A DNA stretch of 64,000 bases, from assembly GCA_002269645.1 (NCBI GenBank), contig NIVC01003878.1, positions 8,475-72,474 on the forward strand, given 5' to 3'. This document shows positions 51,101-63,829 of the stretch, piece by piece. The translations under genes were made by a program, and so were the position numbers. The DNA comes from Macrostomum lignano (lineage: Eukaryota). The notes under the pieces were generated by a model. The model saw nothing but the letters and a program-made list of their open reading frames with translations, was not told the origin of the DNA and did not search any database. Positions within the stretch are counted from its first letter, which is position 1; each line of letters begins with the position of its first letter.

Positions 51101-54100
51101 ATGAAATTCTAATTACTGACTACTGGGTAGTTTGTCGTTATTAAAATATGGCAAAAAAACTCACAAGTCGTCTCCGACATTGTCTGCTCCAGATGGATGC
51201 TTCTGGAATTGGTAAACAAACCATAATACTCGATAAATCTCGCGTAGTCAGGTCTCGGGATCCTCAGAATCAGATTCAGAATCCCGGATTCTAGATCCCA
51301 GCTCCCAGATCCTGAATCCCGGATTCTAGATCCTAGATCCCAGTTCCCAGATCCCGAATCCTGGATTCTATATCCCAGTTCCCAGATCCCAAATCCCGGG
51401 ATATAGATCCCAGTTTCCAGATCTTGAATCCCGGATTCTAGATTCCAGATCCTAGTTCCCACATCCCGAATCCCGGATTCTAGATCCTAGATCCTAGTTC
51501 CCACATCCCGAATCCTGGATTCTATATCCCAGTTCCCAGATCCCAAATCCCGGATTCAATATCCCAGTTCCTAGATCCCAAATCCCGGATTCTAGATCCC
51601 AGTTCCCAGATCCCGAATCCCGGATTCTAGATCCCAGATCCCAGTTCCCAGATCCTGGGTCCCAGATTCCAGATCCTAGATCCCAGATACTAGATCCCGA
51701 ATCCCGGATCAGACATCCCGCTCCCCGAATTCCTGGTTCAGTGAAATTCTTGTAACGCACCGCCTCATCGTCCCAGTCAGACTCGGTTTCAGACTGCGTT
51801 CGTCCCTTAGCGAACTTTCGTTGGCTTGCCTGAAAAAATTGTAAAAAAGGAATTTTCTTGCGCGCAAGAACGGCTCCCAAATTTCAGAGGGCCATGAGCT
51901 CACTGGCGTGGATTCTTCCGCGATCGGCTGCAGGCCGTCTTTGTCAGTTTTGCTCAACCTGCGACCCAGCTGCTCCTGATGCTGCTGTGGCGGCGGCGGC
52001 GGCGGCGGGGGTCGCCTTGGAGACACGACCGAGTCTCCGGCCTCCGTTGAGGTGTCCCAGTCGCTGACGGGCTGGGGAAAGAGTTTTTTAATAAATTCGA
52101 GCGTGTTTGAACCAGGACAACACGGACTGCAAATCACTCAGACCACAGATCCCACACCCCAGATCCCACACCCCAGATCCCACGCCCCAGATCCCACACC
52201 CCAGATCCCACACCCCAGATCCCACACCCCAGATCCCACACCCCAGATCCCACGCCCCAGATCCCACACCCCAGATCCCACACCCCAGATCCCACACCCC
52301 AGATCCCACACCCCAGATCCCACACCCCAGATCCCACGCCCCAGATCCCACACCCCAGATCCCACACCCCAGATCCCACACCCAGATCACATCACAGATC
52401 CCACATCCTAGATCCAAGATTCCTCATCCCAGATCTTACATCTCACATCCCACATCCCACATCCCACATCCCACATCCCACATCCAACATCCCGCATCCC
52501 AGATCCCAAATCCCAAATCATAAATCCCATGATTGAGCGCTGCCTACCTCCTCTCTGGCGCTGTCTTTCGGCTTGCTCCTCGCCGTGGTGGCGGCCTCCG
52601 AGCCGTCCCAGTCCGAGTCGGAATCGGCGCCCTCGCCGCCCTGGACCTGCTTGGCCTTCGATGCCGACTCGGCGGCGACAGGAGCAGCGACAGAGTCGTC
52701 CCAGTCCGACTCCGCCTCATCGTCGTCCTTGGCGGGGCCCTGGAATTCAAAGTAGGCATTCTATAAAGAATAAAGTCGTTGACATGGCAACGATGGTTAA
52801 GCAAATACTCAGGAAGTGCTCTAAATAAGATTCTTATAGAATGCAGTTGCCATGGCAACAAAGAAGCAAATGAATTCGACCTAATTTACCGAGATAGCTG
52901 CTGTTGGCTCGGGGACGACCTCTGAGATTTCGGATGCGTCCCAGTCCGACTCTTGGCGTTGGAACACCGGCTTCTGCTGAAAATTACGATTAGTTATAAT
53001 CGTGGATTCGTCATAATGATGGATTGGTCCTAGCATATGGTTTGAATATAGATAACCTATTGGTCACAGAAAAGGATTGGTCATGGCGAATGAATCGGTC
53101 ATAGATGATAGATTGGTCATAGAAAATGGATTAGTCATTGATAATAGATTGGTCATGGATTATGGATTGGTCATAGATGATAGATTGGTCATAGACAATA
53201 GATTGGTCATAGATGATGGATTGGTCATAGATAATAGATTGGTCATAGATGATGGATTGGTCATAGATGATAGATTGGTCATAGATGATGGATTGGTCAT
53301 AGATGATAGATTGGTCATAGATAATTGATTAATCATAGATGATAGATTGGTCATAGATGATAGATTGGTCATAGATGATAGATTGGTCATAGATGATAGA
53401 TTGGTCATAGATGATAGATTGGTCATAGATGATAGATTGGTCATAGACAATAGATTGGTCATAGATGATAGATTGGTCATAGACAATAGATTGGTCATAG
53501 ATGATAGATTGGTCATAGATACTGGATTGGTCATAGACAATAGATTGGTCATAGATGATAGATTGGTCATAGATGATAGATTGGTCATAGACAATAGATT
53601 GGTCATAGATGATAGATTGGTCATAGATACTGGATTGGTCATAGATGATAGATTGGTCATAGATGATGGATTGGTCATAGATGATAGATTGGTCATAGAT
53701 GATAGATTGGTCATAGATGATAGATTGGTCATAGATGATGGATTGGTCATAGATGATAGATTGGTCATAGATGATAGATTGGTCATAGATGATGGATTGG
53801 TCATAGACGATGGATTGGTCATAGATGATGGATTGGTCATAGATGATAGATTGGTCATAGATGATGGATTGGTCATAGATGATAGATTGGTCATAGATAA
53901 TTGATTAATCATAGATGATAGATTGGTCATAGATGATAGATTGGTCATAGACAATAGATTGGTCATAGATGATAGATTGGTCATAGATGATAGATTGGTC
54001 ATAGATGATGGATTGGTCATAGATGATAGATTGGTCATAGATGATGGATTGGTCATAGACGATGGATTGGTCATAGATGATGGATTGGTCATAGATGATA

Positions 54101-57100
54101 GATTGGTCATAGATGATGGATTGGTCATAGATGATAGATTGGTCATAGATAATTGATTAATCATAGATGATAGATTGGTCATAGATGATAGATTGGTCAT
54201 AGATGATAGATTGGTCATAGATAATTGATTGGTCATAGACGATGGATTGGTCATAGATGATAGATTGGTCATAGATGATGGATTGGTCATAGACGATGGA
54301 TTGGTCATAGATGATAGATTGTTCATAGATAATAGATTGGTCATAGATGATAGCTTGTGCATAGATAATAGATTGGTCATAGATAATAGATTGGTCATAG
54401 ATAATATATTGTTCATAGATAATAGATTGGTCATAGATGATAGCTTGTGCATAGATAATAGATTGGTCATAGATGATAGATTCGTCATAGATGATAGACG
54501 GTCATAGAGCTGTCGTACCTTGTCCCTTGGCGTCGCCTTCCCCCCAGACCGCGGTGTTGTCGCCGGAAAGTCCGAAGCAACGGTGTCGTCGTCCTGATCG
54601 TCCAGGAACACCGCCTGCCTCTTCCGCTGTTCCATGGCCTGCTTGAGGTTGATCCTTGGGGAGGGCTCCTTGTCAACGCTGATGGACTCGCTCCAGTCGT
54701 CGTCATCGTCGTCATTGTCCGGAGCGTCCGGCTTCTTGCGATTGTTCGACTTGCTGGTGGCAGCTCGGTTCGCTGCCGTCTCGGGCACGACGGCCAGGGA
54801 CGCTCGGCGGATTCGGAGCGCTGTTGGGAAGAAATCCCCCCCCGCTCATGAAAGTGAGGAACGTTTGTAACCGAAAATTTGCCAATTCAATGTTTTGTGA
54901 ATAGAAATGAAAAGTGTTGAATAAAAAATTCAGTGTAGTCACTGGTTCATAATTTGTGATTTGTGATCCCAATAATCTGACAGATCCCACTCTGACTGAT
55001 CCCACTCTGACTGATCCCACTCTGACTGATCCCACTCTGACTGATCCCACTCTGACTGATCCCACTCTGACTGATCCCACTCTGACTGATCCCACTCTGA
55101 CTGATCCCACTCTGACTGATCCCACTCTGACTGATCCCACTCTGACTGATCCCACTCTGACTGATCCCACTCTGACTGATCCCACTCTGACTGATCCCAC
55201 TCTGACTGATCCCACTCTGACTGATCCCACTCTGACTGATCCCACTCTGACTGATCCCACTCTGACTGATCCCACTCTGACTGATCCCAAAAACAGGAGC
55301 ACAAATTAGATGACGGGAGTCCCGGCTCCGAGATGCACCTGTCCGCTCAGCCTGATTCTGGCCGCCTCTGGCCCGAGGTCGTCCTCGCTGCCGCTGTCCA
55401 GTGAGGCGGACACGGCCGGGGAAGGGGAGCGGGAGCGGCGGCGGCTGTCGCGGACGATCGGCACCTTCAGAGACCTCGTCTGCTGAGTCTCTGCGGCAGC
55501 AATGATGGAGACGGGTGGCGATTTAGGGGAGTATGCTTGATTGACAAGGGCGAGTAGAGTAGGATACCCTGAGTAGGATACCCTGAGTAGGATACCCTGA
55601 GTAGGATACCCTGAGTAGGATACCCTGAGTAGGATACCCTGAGTAGGATACCCTGAGTAGGATACCCTGAGTAGGATACCCTGAGTAGGATACCCTGAGT
55701 AGGATACCCTGAGTAGGATACCCTGAGTAGGATACCCTGAGTAGGATACCCTGAGTAGGATACCCTGAGTAGGATACCCTGAGTAGGATACCCTGAGTAG
55801 GATACCCTGAGTAGGATACCCTGAGTAGGATGCCCTGAGTAGGATGCCCTGAGTAGGATACCTGAGTAGGATGCCCTGAGTAGGATACCTGAGTAGGATA
55901 CCCTGAATAGAATACCCTGAGTAGGATGCCCTGAGTAGGATACCTGAGTAGGATACCTGAGTAGGATGCCCTGAGTAGGATGCCCTGAGTAGGATACCTG
56001 AGTAGGATGCCCTGAGTAGGATACCTGAGTAGGATACCCTGAATAGAATACCCTGAGTAGGATACCTGAGTAGGATGCCCTGAGTAGGATACCTGAGTAG
56101 GATACCCTGAATAGAATACCCTGAGTAGGATACCTGAGTAGGATGCCCTGAGTAGGATACCTGAGTAGGATACCCTGAATAGAATACCCTGAGTAGGATA
56201 CCTGAGTAGGATGCCCTGAATAGAATACCCTGAGTAGGATGCCCTGAGTAGGATACCTGAGTAGGATACCCTGAATAGAATACCCTGAATAGAATACCCT
56301 GAGTAGGATACCCTGAATAGAATACCCTGAGTAGGATACCTGAGTAGGATACCCTGAATAGAATACCCTGAGTAGGATACCCTGAGTAGGATACCTGAGT
56401 AGAATACCCTGAATAGAATACCCTGAGTAGGATGCCCTGAGTAGGATACCTGAGTAGGATACCCTGAATAGAATACCCTGAGTAGGATACCTGAGTAGGA
56501 TACCCTGAGTAGGATACCCTGAATAGAATACCCTGAGTAGGATACCCTGAGTAGGATACCTGAGTAGGATACCTGAGTAGTCTCGCAGTTCCTGAGGCCG
56601 AAAACTTAAGGAGCTACCAGGTACAAAGACCTTTCAAAACTCAGCAAAAAACTGTTTAAATGGTTTACTCACCAGGATCAAACACGTCGACCTTGCCGCC
56701 GGCGTGAAAGTCGTTCAGGCTGATTGAACGACGGCCGCCGCCGCCGCCGCCGCCGCCCAACGACCGGTCGGAGCGGGCGCTGTCCAGCTGTGCGGTAGTG
56801 AAAAAGGAAAAAAGACAAAAAATTTGGTGAGCGATCTAATAAAAAAGTGAATGCCACTGAGGTGACTTTTTGTGATCAACGACGACAAGGAAAACCACAA
56901 CTAGAGGTGACGACTAAAGACTCGAAGGCCACCCCAACCTGCTCAGCCTCAGCCTCATATTCGTTGGCATCCTCGAGTTCGGACACCTCCGACTCGAACT
57001 CCGCCGCGGCGTTGTCTCGGACAGCGCCAGCTGCGTCTAAAGCTGGTGACGAGTTCGGCTCCAGCAGGTCCTGAAGGCTCGCCACGCTGTCCGCCGCTTC

Positions 57101-60100
57101 GCTGATGGCCGACACCACATCCTCATCGTCATCAAGCGGCGGTGGTGTCGGTGGCGGGGAGTCAGCGAAGCCGGCTGGGTTTGGGTGCGGCTGGCGGCCG
57201 GTTCTTTGAGACCGGAATCGCGCTGGGAGAGCCAGGGCTGGAGGGGTTCTAATTCTGGCCGGACAGTCCCATCTTCTTCTCGGATACCGTTAGTGTCCTA
57301 ATCGGACATCCAACCTTTAGTCGGATCCCCCCGTGGTATACCCGAATACTTGTAGTCTTCCCGGACACCATAGTGTTCTACTCGGACACTCGAGTGCTCT
57401 ACTCGGACACCGACACCCGAATGTTCTACTCGGACACCCTAGTGTTCTACTCGGACACCCTAGTGTTCTACTCGGACACCCTAGTGTTCTACTCGGACAC
57501 CCTAGTGTTCTACTCGGACACCCTAGTGTTCTACTCGGACACCCTGGTGTTCTACTCGGACACCCTAGTGTTCTACTCGGACACCCTAGTGTTCTACTCG
57601 GACACCCTAGTGTTCTACTCGGACACCCTAGTGTTCTACTCGGACACCCGAGCGTTCTACTCGGACACCGACACCCTAGTGCTCTACTCGGACACCCGAG
57701 TGCTCTACTCGGACACCTGAGTGCTCTACTCGGACACCCGAGTATTCTTACTCGGACACCGCCATGTTCTAGTTTTTTTCGGTAACAAGATCACTTAAAA
57801 ATTTACACTAGTTGATCTCAGACATCACGGATGCCCCAAAAGTGCACCTGTGGAACTTTCCGCTTACCGTCGGAATCGCGTAGTCCGACTTTGATTCATC
57901 CTCTTCGTAGTCGCTGCTTGTCTGCGGCTCTGCAATATTGGAGAGTATTGTATGGTTGAAAAAATGCTTGCATTTTTACTATAAGTAGGTTAAAAGAAAA
58001 TCAATCAACAGCGAGATTTCCCAGTCGGTCACTTACTGGCAGTGGACCCCGCAGCGGCGGCAACGGCAGCTACCGTGGGTGTCGCCGTCCTAACGACACT
58101 TTTCGCCGGTCGAGCGTCAGCGAGAAGGCTGGCGCAGGCTGCTTGTTCGGCGGCGAAGTCTGCGCAGCTCTGGCCTGCCAGGGGGTGGGCGAGTTCGAAC
58201 TTTGTGATTTGTGAAACAATCGATATAAGTCTTTGAGGCAAATTTTGGCCGGTTCTGGTCGGAAAGCACAATCAGACAGGGTATTCTACCCGGACACCCT
58301 AGCCTTCTACTCGGACACCCTAGCCTTCTACTCGGACACCCTAGTGTTCTACCCGGACACCCTAGCCTTCTACCCGGACACCCTAGCCTTCTACTCGGAC
58401 ACCCTAGTGTTCTACCCGGACAGCCTCATAGTCTACTCGGACACCAGTGTTCTACCCGTACAGACTCATAGTCTACTCGGACACAGAGTGTTCTACTCGG
58501 ACATACCCATAGTCTACTCGGACAGTGTGTTCTACTCGGGTAGACCCATATTCTACTCGGAAAGACCCATATTCTACTAGGACAGACCCATATTCTACTA
58601 GGACAGACCCATAGTCTACTCGGACAGCTAAGTGTTCTACTCGGACAGTTAAGTATTCTGCTCGAACAGACCCATATTATACTAAGACAGACCCATAGTC
58701 TACTCGGACAGCTAAGTGTTTTACTCGGACAGCCCCATATTCTACTCGGACAGCCCCATATTCTACTCGGAAAGACCCATATTCTACTCGGAAAGACCCA
58801 TAGTCTACTCAGACAGATCCATATTTTACTTGGAAAGACCCTAGTCTACTCGGACATCAAAGTGTTCTACTCGGACAGCTAAGTGTTCTACTCGGACAGA
58901 CTCATATTCTACTAGGACAGACCCATAGTCTACTCGGACATCTAAGTGTTCTACTCGGACAGCTAAGTGTTCTACTCGGACAGCTAAGTGTTCTACTCGG
59001 ACAGCTGTGTTCTACTCGGACAGCTAAGTGTTCTACTCGGACAGCTAAGTGTTCTACTCGGACAGCTAAGTGTTCTATTCGGACAGCCCCATATTCTACT
59101 CGGACAGACCCATATTCTACTAGGACAGACCCATAGTCTACTCGGACAGCTAAGTGTTCTACTCGGACATCAAAGTGTTCTACTCGGACAGATCCATATT
59201 CTACTCGGACACTAGTGTTCTACCCGGACAGACTCATAGTCTACTCGGACACCAGAGTGTTCTACTCGGACATACCCATAGTCTACTCGGACAGTGTGTT
59301 CTACTCGGGCAGACCCATATTCTACTCGGACAGCCCCATATTATACTCGGACAGACCCATATTCTACTCGGACAGCTAAGTGTTCTAGTTGGACACACTG
59401 GTGAAGTAATCGATGTAAAATGGACTCATTGTTAAATGGGGGGTATCTTTCGCATCGGGGAGAAATTGAAATCATCAGAGACCTCGCCCAACTCAGATAT
59501 TGTAAATTATTTAGTATTATTTACTCGTAGGCTGAAGCAATGAGTCACTGCCAGCTGCTCAAGGAAGGCTTCTCAAATTAGTCCAGTGAGTCTGATTTCT
59601 GATCCCTTCTCGGACTAGGGTGCTTAAAGCTCTTTAAAGTTTTGAGTGAAAAGGGCTTGGAAAGCAATAAATAATTAATGCATTAAACCAATCGGGGAAT
59701 TCAGACTCCCTCATCATGTTGTCGGTGAGTCGTAGAAAATGCAGGGAGGATTCAGAAATGCAGAAATACATGTAGTCATCCTGTGTTAACCTGGGTCAGT
59801 GCATTGTGGGGTCAGTGCATTTTGGGGATCAGAGCCCCCCCCCCACCCCAGCCAGCACTCACCCGCTGAGTCTCTTGCCGCAGGGTCGGCGCCAGCCTTC
59901 AGCAGCAGAGCGGCCAGGTCGGCGTGGCCTTCGCGGCAGGCTAGCATCAGCGGTGTCCGACCTTCGGCGTCAAGCTCATCCGGTCCACTGGCCCGTTGCA
60001 ACAGCAGCGACAGCACTTCGGCGTTGCCGTTGGTAACGGCCAGGTGAAGAAGCGACTTACCCTATAAAGCGACGGGGCTTCGGTAAATATATTCCAGCCA

Positions 60101-61971
60101 ATGAGAAGCTTCTAGCTTGTCCGCTTAATTCTTCCAGCCAATGGGCATCGAGAGAGAGGTAGAAGTTTGAAGCTTTATATGGGCGCATATCTTTCCAGCC
60201 AATCAGCACCAAGATAGGGTAGAAATATAAAAACCCAATGTGAGAATTGTCTCTCCAGCCAATCAGCATCACAGAAATACTAGAACTAACTAGATGGGCC
60301 ACTCAGCACATTTGCTTGCAAGCTACTTTCAGTTCAGTAGCAAGTTAAACTGAAGCATTTCAATGTACTTTTAAAGACCAGGCTTATTTATTGGCTCTTA
60401 CCCCCAAGCTTAAACACTCAAACTCCACACAGAACCTCTACCCTGCCCCGCCACCCAACTTTTATTACCTTCCTCGGTTGTTCCAGCCTAAACCCGTTTT
60501 GTACATCTTAATTGCTAATGTACATTATAGCTGAGCAAATTAGCAAGCTGTTTAAGTTTGCAAGCTTGACTTCTAAACTTAAGAGCGTATAAAGTCATCT
60601 CAGCTGCCTTTATTTATATAAAATAGCTTATGTATTCTTCATAGCTACTGAACTGAAAGTAGAGAGCTATTTTGCTAAGTATATATGCCCGAGTGGCCAA
60701 TCTATAGATTTTATAGTATCTGTGATCATAATCGAGAAAGATGTAGAATATACCGTATTTCCACACATTCTCTTTAGCCTATGCAGTGGCGGTTCCAGGA
60801 CTTCTTTTCTTCTTCTAGGGTGTTCAGAAGTATCTAAATTTTTGAGGGAGGGGCGCCACAGAGAGGGGCCATGAGTGTCACACAATGAGACGAACGCCAT
60901 GCTTGGCTATTGCTCGTAGACAGCTTTAACGCTTACCGCGATGGCATTGAGCCGGTGCGGATGCCAGCTGTCCAGCAGAAGTGCCACCATCTCCGTGCTG
61001 CCATTGTTGACGGCAATTACCAGGCCTTCATCTTCGCGTTTCGAACCGGCTTTGAGCAGTGGGCGGGCGCACTGGGCGCGGTTCATCTGCACAGCCCGGT
61101 AGAGCGGGCTTCGTCCTTCGCTGTCCAGTGCGTCCGTGCGGGCACCAAAGGTTATGAGGGTGTCCACCACTTTTTCGTGGCCGCGAAAGCTTGCTAGATG
61201 CAGCGCCATTCTGGTATAAAATTATAAACTTATAGTAACAGTTTTACGAGTATTAATCAGCACAGAAGTATTACGAGATATTCCATATATTGCAGTTTAT
61301 TTTCTAAAGTGGAAAAATGCATTTTTTGTGTCTAAGAGCAGTGAAGAGACTGAAATTTATTTTCAATTACAAAGGGAGCTGATCATCTATAGCTATTCAC
61401 TAAAATTAATTGTACTATTAACTTTAATAGAAGGAAAACAAAAACTATTGAAAGCTGTTTTATTCCTTATAATTAATTATAGGCTACATTTATCAATCCT
61501 GTAAGTTATTCTTTGAGAAGTTTGAACAATTGTTTTCTGTCAATTAAATAAAATAGATTAAATCGAGTAATAAATACTTTCCAAGCTTACTTTCCAAATA
61601 ATTTAAGTAACTTTTCACCACTCTTTCAAAATACATAAGTAAGCTTAGACAAAGAATCTTTTTTATTGTATTTTAGTCATTTCAGATGGTGATAAATAAA
61701 ATGATGTCAAATGAAACGGAAACCTGCTCAAGCGAGAAAACGACCACTTAAATCAACAAAAATACTCAAAAGTGCATTACCGTTGCTCGGAATCCGGAGT
61801 ATTGACATCCTGCTGAAATGTAGCAATCTTTTTGTGATCACCAATCCATGCCGCTTTATGTATCTTGGGAAGAGACTTTTCTTTTATATCATTATAGCCA
61901 CCCCCACCTTTTGCAGAACTAGATGCATTAGAGTCTTTTCCCGACTTTCCCTTTCCAAAAAGCTTCTTCAT
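42178..61971 (-). CDS. ANKRD26: ANKRD26-like ankyrin-repeat and long coiled-coil protein; 27 exons, about 1820 aa
   Basis: Exons: 61971-61781, 61210-60937, 60061-59863, 58174-58037, 57929-57868, 57190-56939 (acceptor uncertain), 56787-56673, 55482-55339 (acceptor chosen to keep phase), 54820-54519, 52976-52890, 52760-52548, 52071-51904, 51829-51761, 51202-51165, 51066-50992, 50699-49736, 49047-48739, 47992-47804, 46925-46671, 45969-45850, 45513-45442, 45114-45016, 44930-44806, 44336-44024, 43418-43215, 42794-42422, 42293-42178. N-terminal MKKLFGK...LPKIHKAAW, the ankyrin repeats, and C-terminal EHRARDELNQRL, HYRQLYDQEKRVRQKL, LRSELDRSISKHL and NYLDFLKKKYHV* match vertebrate ANKRD26 motifs as I recall them (MKKIFSK, LGKIHKAA, EERARQE, KYKQLYLEELKVR, LKKNYMI*). 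Confidence 0.88.
46005..46580. repeat. 21-bp intronic minisatellite
   Basis: Unit ttctaccccattcacagtctg with variants. Confidence 0.94.
46975..47458. repeat. Conserved head plus 24-bp array, copy A
   Basis: Head containing acaaagtgcggtggtgtgagagttgcgaattta, followed by (tgtacattctctggcgagccccaa)n. Confidence 0.92.
48043..48676. repeat. Essentially perfect 14-bp array, about 45 copies
   Basis: Unit ctagatcccagatc, with no variants seen. Confidence 0.97.
49385..49721. repeat. Conserved head plus 24-bp array, copy B
   Basis: Same head and the same 24-bp unit as 46975-47458, in the same orientation. Confidence 0.92.
51255..51720. repeat. Degenerate GATCC-core repeat array
   Basis: Mixed ctagatcccag / aatcccggatt / cagttcccagatcc blocks. 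Confidence 0.9.
52147..52520. repeat. 14-bp GATCCC array decaying into (CCCACAT)n
   Basis: Unit cagatcccacaccc. Confidence 0.93.
53090..54505. repeat. 18-bp intronic minisatellite
   Basis: Unit gatgatagattggtcata; extends the ANKRD26 exon-9 frame into a spurious (MTNLSS)n ORF. Confidence 0.96.
54980..55288. repeat. Perfect 15-bp array, about 20 copies
   Basis: Unit gatcccactctgact. Confidence 0.96.
55553..56580. repeat. 14/13-bp array
   Basis: Unit gagtaggataccct, homogeneous at the left, with 13-bp and gaatagaataccct variants toward the right. Confidence 0.96.
57365..57765. repeat. 21-bp array (TTCTACTCGGAC family)
   Basis: Unit ttctactcggacaccctagtg. Confidence 0.94.
58278..59395. repeat. 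21-bp array (TTCTACTCGGAC family), more diverged
   Basis: Units ttctactcggacagctaagtg and ttctactcggacagacccata; same core as 57365-57765. Confidence 0.94.
60270..60724 (-). mobile_element. MITE copy 4 (455 bp, older), in ANKRD26 intron 2
   Basis: Ends CACAGAAATAC...GTATCTGTG, colinear with copy 2; flanks ATCAGCAT / ATCATAAT match at 6/8 (eroded TSD). Confidence 0.88.
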
Positions 61972-63547
61972 TTTAATGTGTTGCTCAGCTCTGCTGCTCT
62001 TCTACATTATCAAAGTACCGTTAAAAATTTTGGAAAGTTGCAATGTTAAATTATCCACATCAAGCAAATATAAACTATTATTTTATTTGAAAGCATTGCT
62101 TATACTCGTAGGTATAATAAAGTCATGAAAACACCTTTCATTAGTTTAGCTAAACTCTTATTAAATTAGAATCAGCTGACTAAAGCGCTTAGTTTAATCG
62201 ATGTAAAATCGTTAAAGTAAGTCCGGTATTGTTCATATAAAATAAACTAGTAAAAGTGAAATTATTCGGCACAACTGTTTAATTGTAGACTATTCTTATT
62301 AATTTTTTCAGTAAGCTATGCGGTTTAGTTTTACAGCGATGGCTAAAAAATTGACTTCTTGAGAACAATATTTTGAACGCATAAACTTTATGCTAAATGA
62401 TAGTATTACTTTAATAATATTTAAAAATGAACAAAATGGTTGCTTGGAATGATATATATATATATATGTAAAATAAATACAAAAATACAGATTACCAAAT
62501 AGAGTCATAAGGCATTTATAAAAAAAAACTTTATTATGTATATGATCCAATACGTACAGTACAGTAGGTGAAATGGATCAGATGAATTGTCGAAGAAAAT
62601 GGTTTGATCATTCCATGCTGTCATCTGCAATAAGTTGCTGCATAACCAACGAATATTAATATTAATTAGGTCTCTCGATTGGGAAAAAAATTCTACATTT
62701 TCTTTGAAAGTTTTTCCTTTTCTATTATAATGGCGTCATTTTAGAGTGGATGCAAATTGTCAAAATTTGATTATTAAGAGATAAATTTGTTTGACAGAAA
62801 GCGCCACAAAGGCGTGATATGAAAGCCCAGTTCAGCAAAGTTGAGTTCAAATTGTCAATGCACGTAGCTTGATAGTTAATAGGCCTACTCAGTATTGCCA
62901 GCAACAGCAAGGAATTTTGCTGGGACGTAGCTAGGATTTTTATCGGGTGCGTTTTTGAGGCCCTAGATTATTTCTCCAGTGCCAGTGTCGCCAAGATGTC
63001 AAACAATCTTGAGTCGATTGGTGTGGGACTTCGTGGCTATATAAAATATTTTATTTACTTTTTAATGATACAACTCAGACTTCTAAACTAAAAAGGTTAG
63101 GATAATTAAATAAACGACAGAGCATTTATTCATCTTAATTGAATTAATAAAGTATGGCGAGAATATGAAATTATATTTAACGTTTTTGGATTATACGCAA
63201 TAAAAGCAGCTAAGATAGCAATATCGATTTGTGGAATGCAATTTTTAATTTTTTGTGCTTCTAGCCAAGACTCGAAGAATGGGTGCTAAAAAGAGTTTGA
63301 CCTAAATTTTTGTACTGCACCATACCATAAATATTTGGATTACACTTTGTGCTATTGTACTTGTAATAAGTTAGAAAAGCGGTTAAAATATTCACAAGTG
63401 CTATTTTTCTCATTACTCTACTTTAAGATAAAAGAAATAGAAATCCAAGATCAAATTGAAGTCAGTGTGAAACCCATATTCAACTGTCCACTATCTTTAC
63501 ACGAGAGGAGTGCAAACTTTGGCAGAAAATAATGCCAGGCAGGCTGG

Positions 63548-63829
63548 TCACTCGAACTCATTCTTGAGCCACCCTAGCAACCCTGCGTTGCTCTGGGCAG
63601 CGTCCGAGCTGCCCTGGCGCGCCGCTCCAGCTCGAGCAGCAGCACCTGCAGCGCGCCGCAGTCGCAGCCAGCGAGTTGACGGCTCATCTTCCATGGGATT
63701 CCGCTTCGCCTCGTTGGACGCTGTGTCATCTGCTCCGGGGTGTTCATCCCGCAGCTCGACGCGCCGAGCTTCTTGAGAGCCAACACTGCAGCTCATTGCC
63801 TTGACTGCGCGCTGCAGGAGAAACTCGGT
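63548..63829 (-). CDS. Probable terminal coding exon of an unidentified gene extending beyond the window
   Basis: GC-rich island with an open frame TEFLLQRAVKAMSCSV...RWLRLRR...GLLGWLKNEFE*; candidate acceptors give exon starts at 63829 or 63811. No family recognised. Confidence 0.45.
   Translation of the reverse strand, partial: TEFLLQRAVKAMSCSVGSQEARRVELRDEHPGADDTASNEAKRNPMEDEPSTRWLRLRRAAGAAARAGAARQGSSDAAQSNAGLLGWLKNEFE

Noticed and set aside
53160-54518. (MTNLSS)n extension of the 542-aa ORF
   Set aside because: A canonical donor (AAG|GTACGA) at 54518 ends the real exon; the remainder is an 18-bp intronic array.
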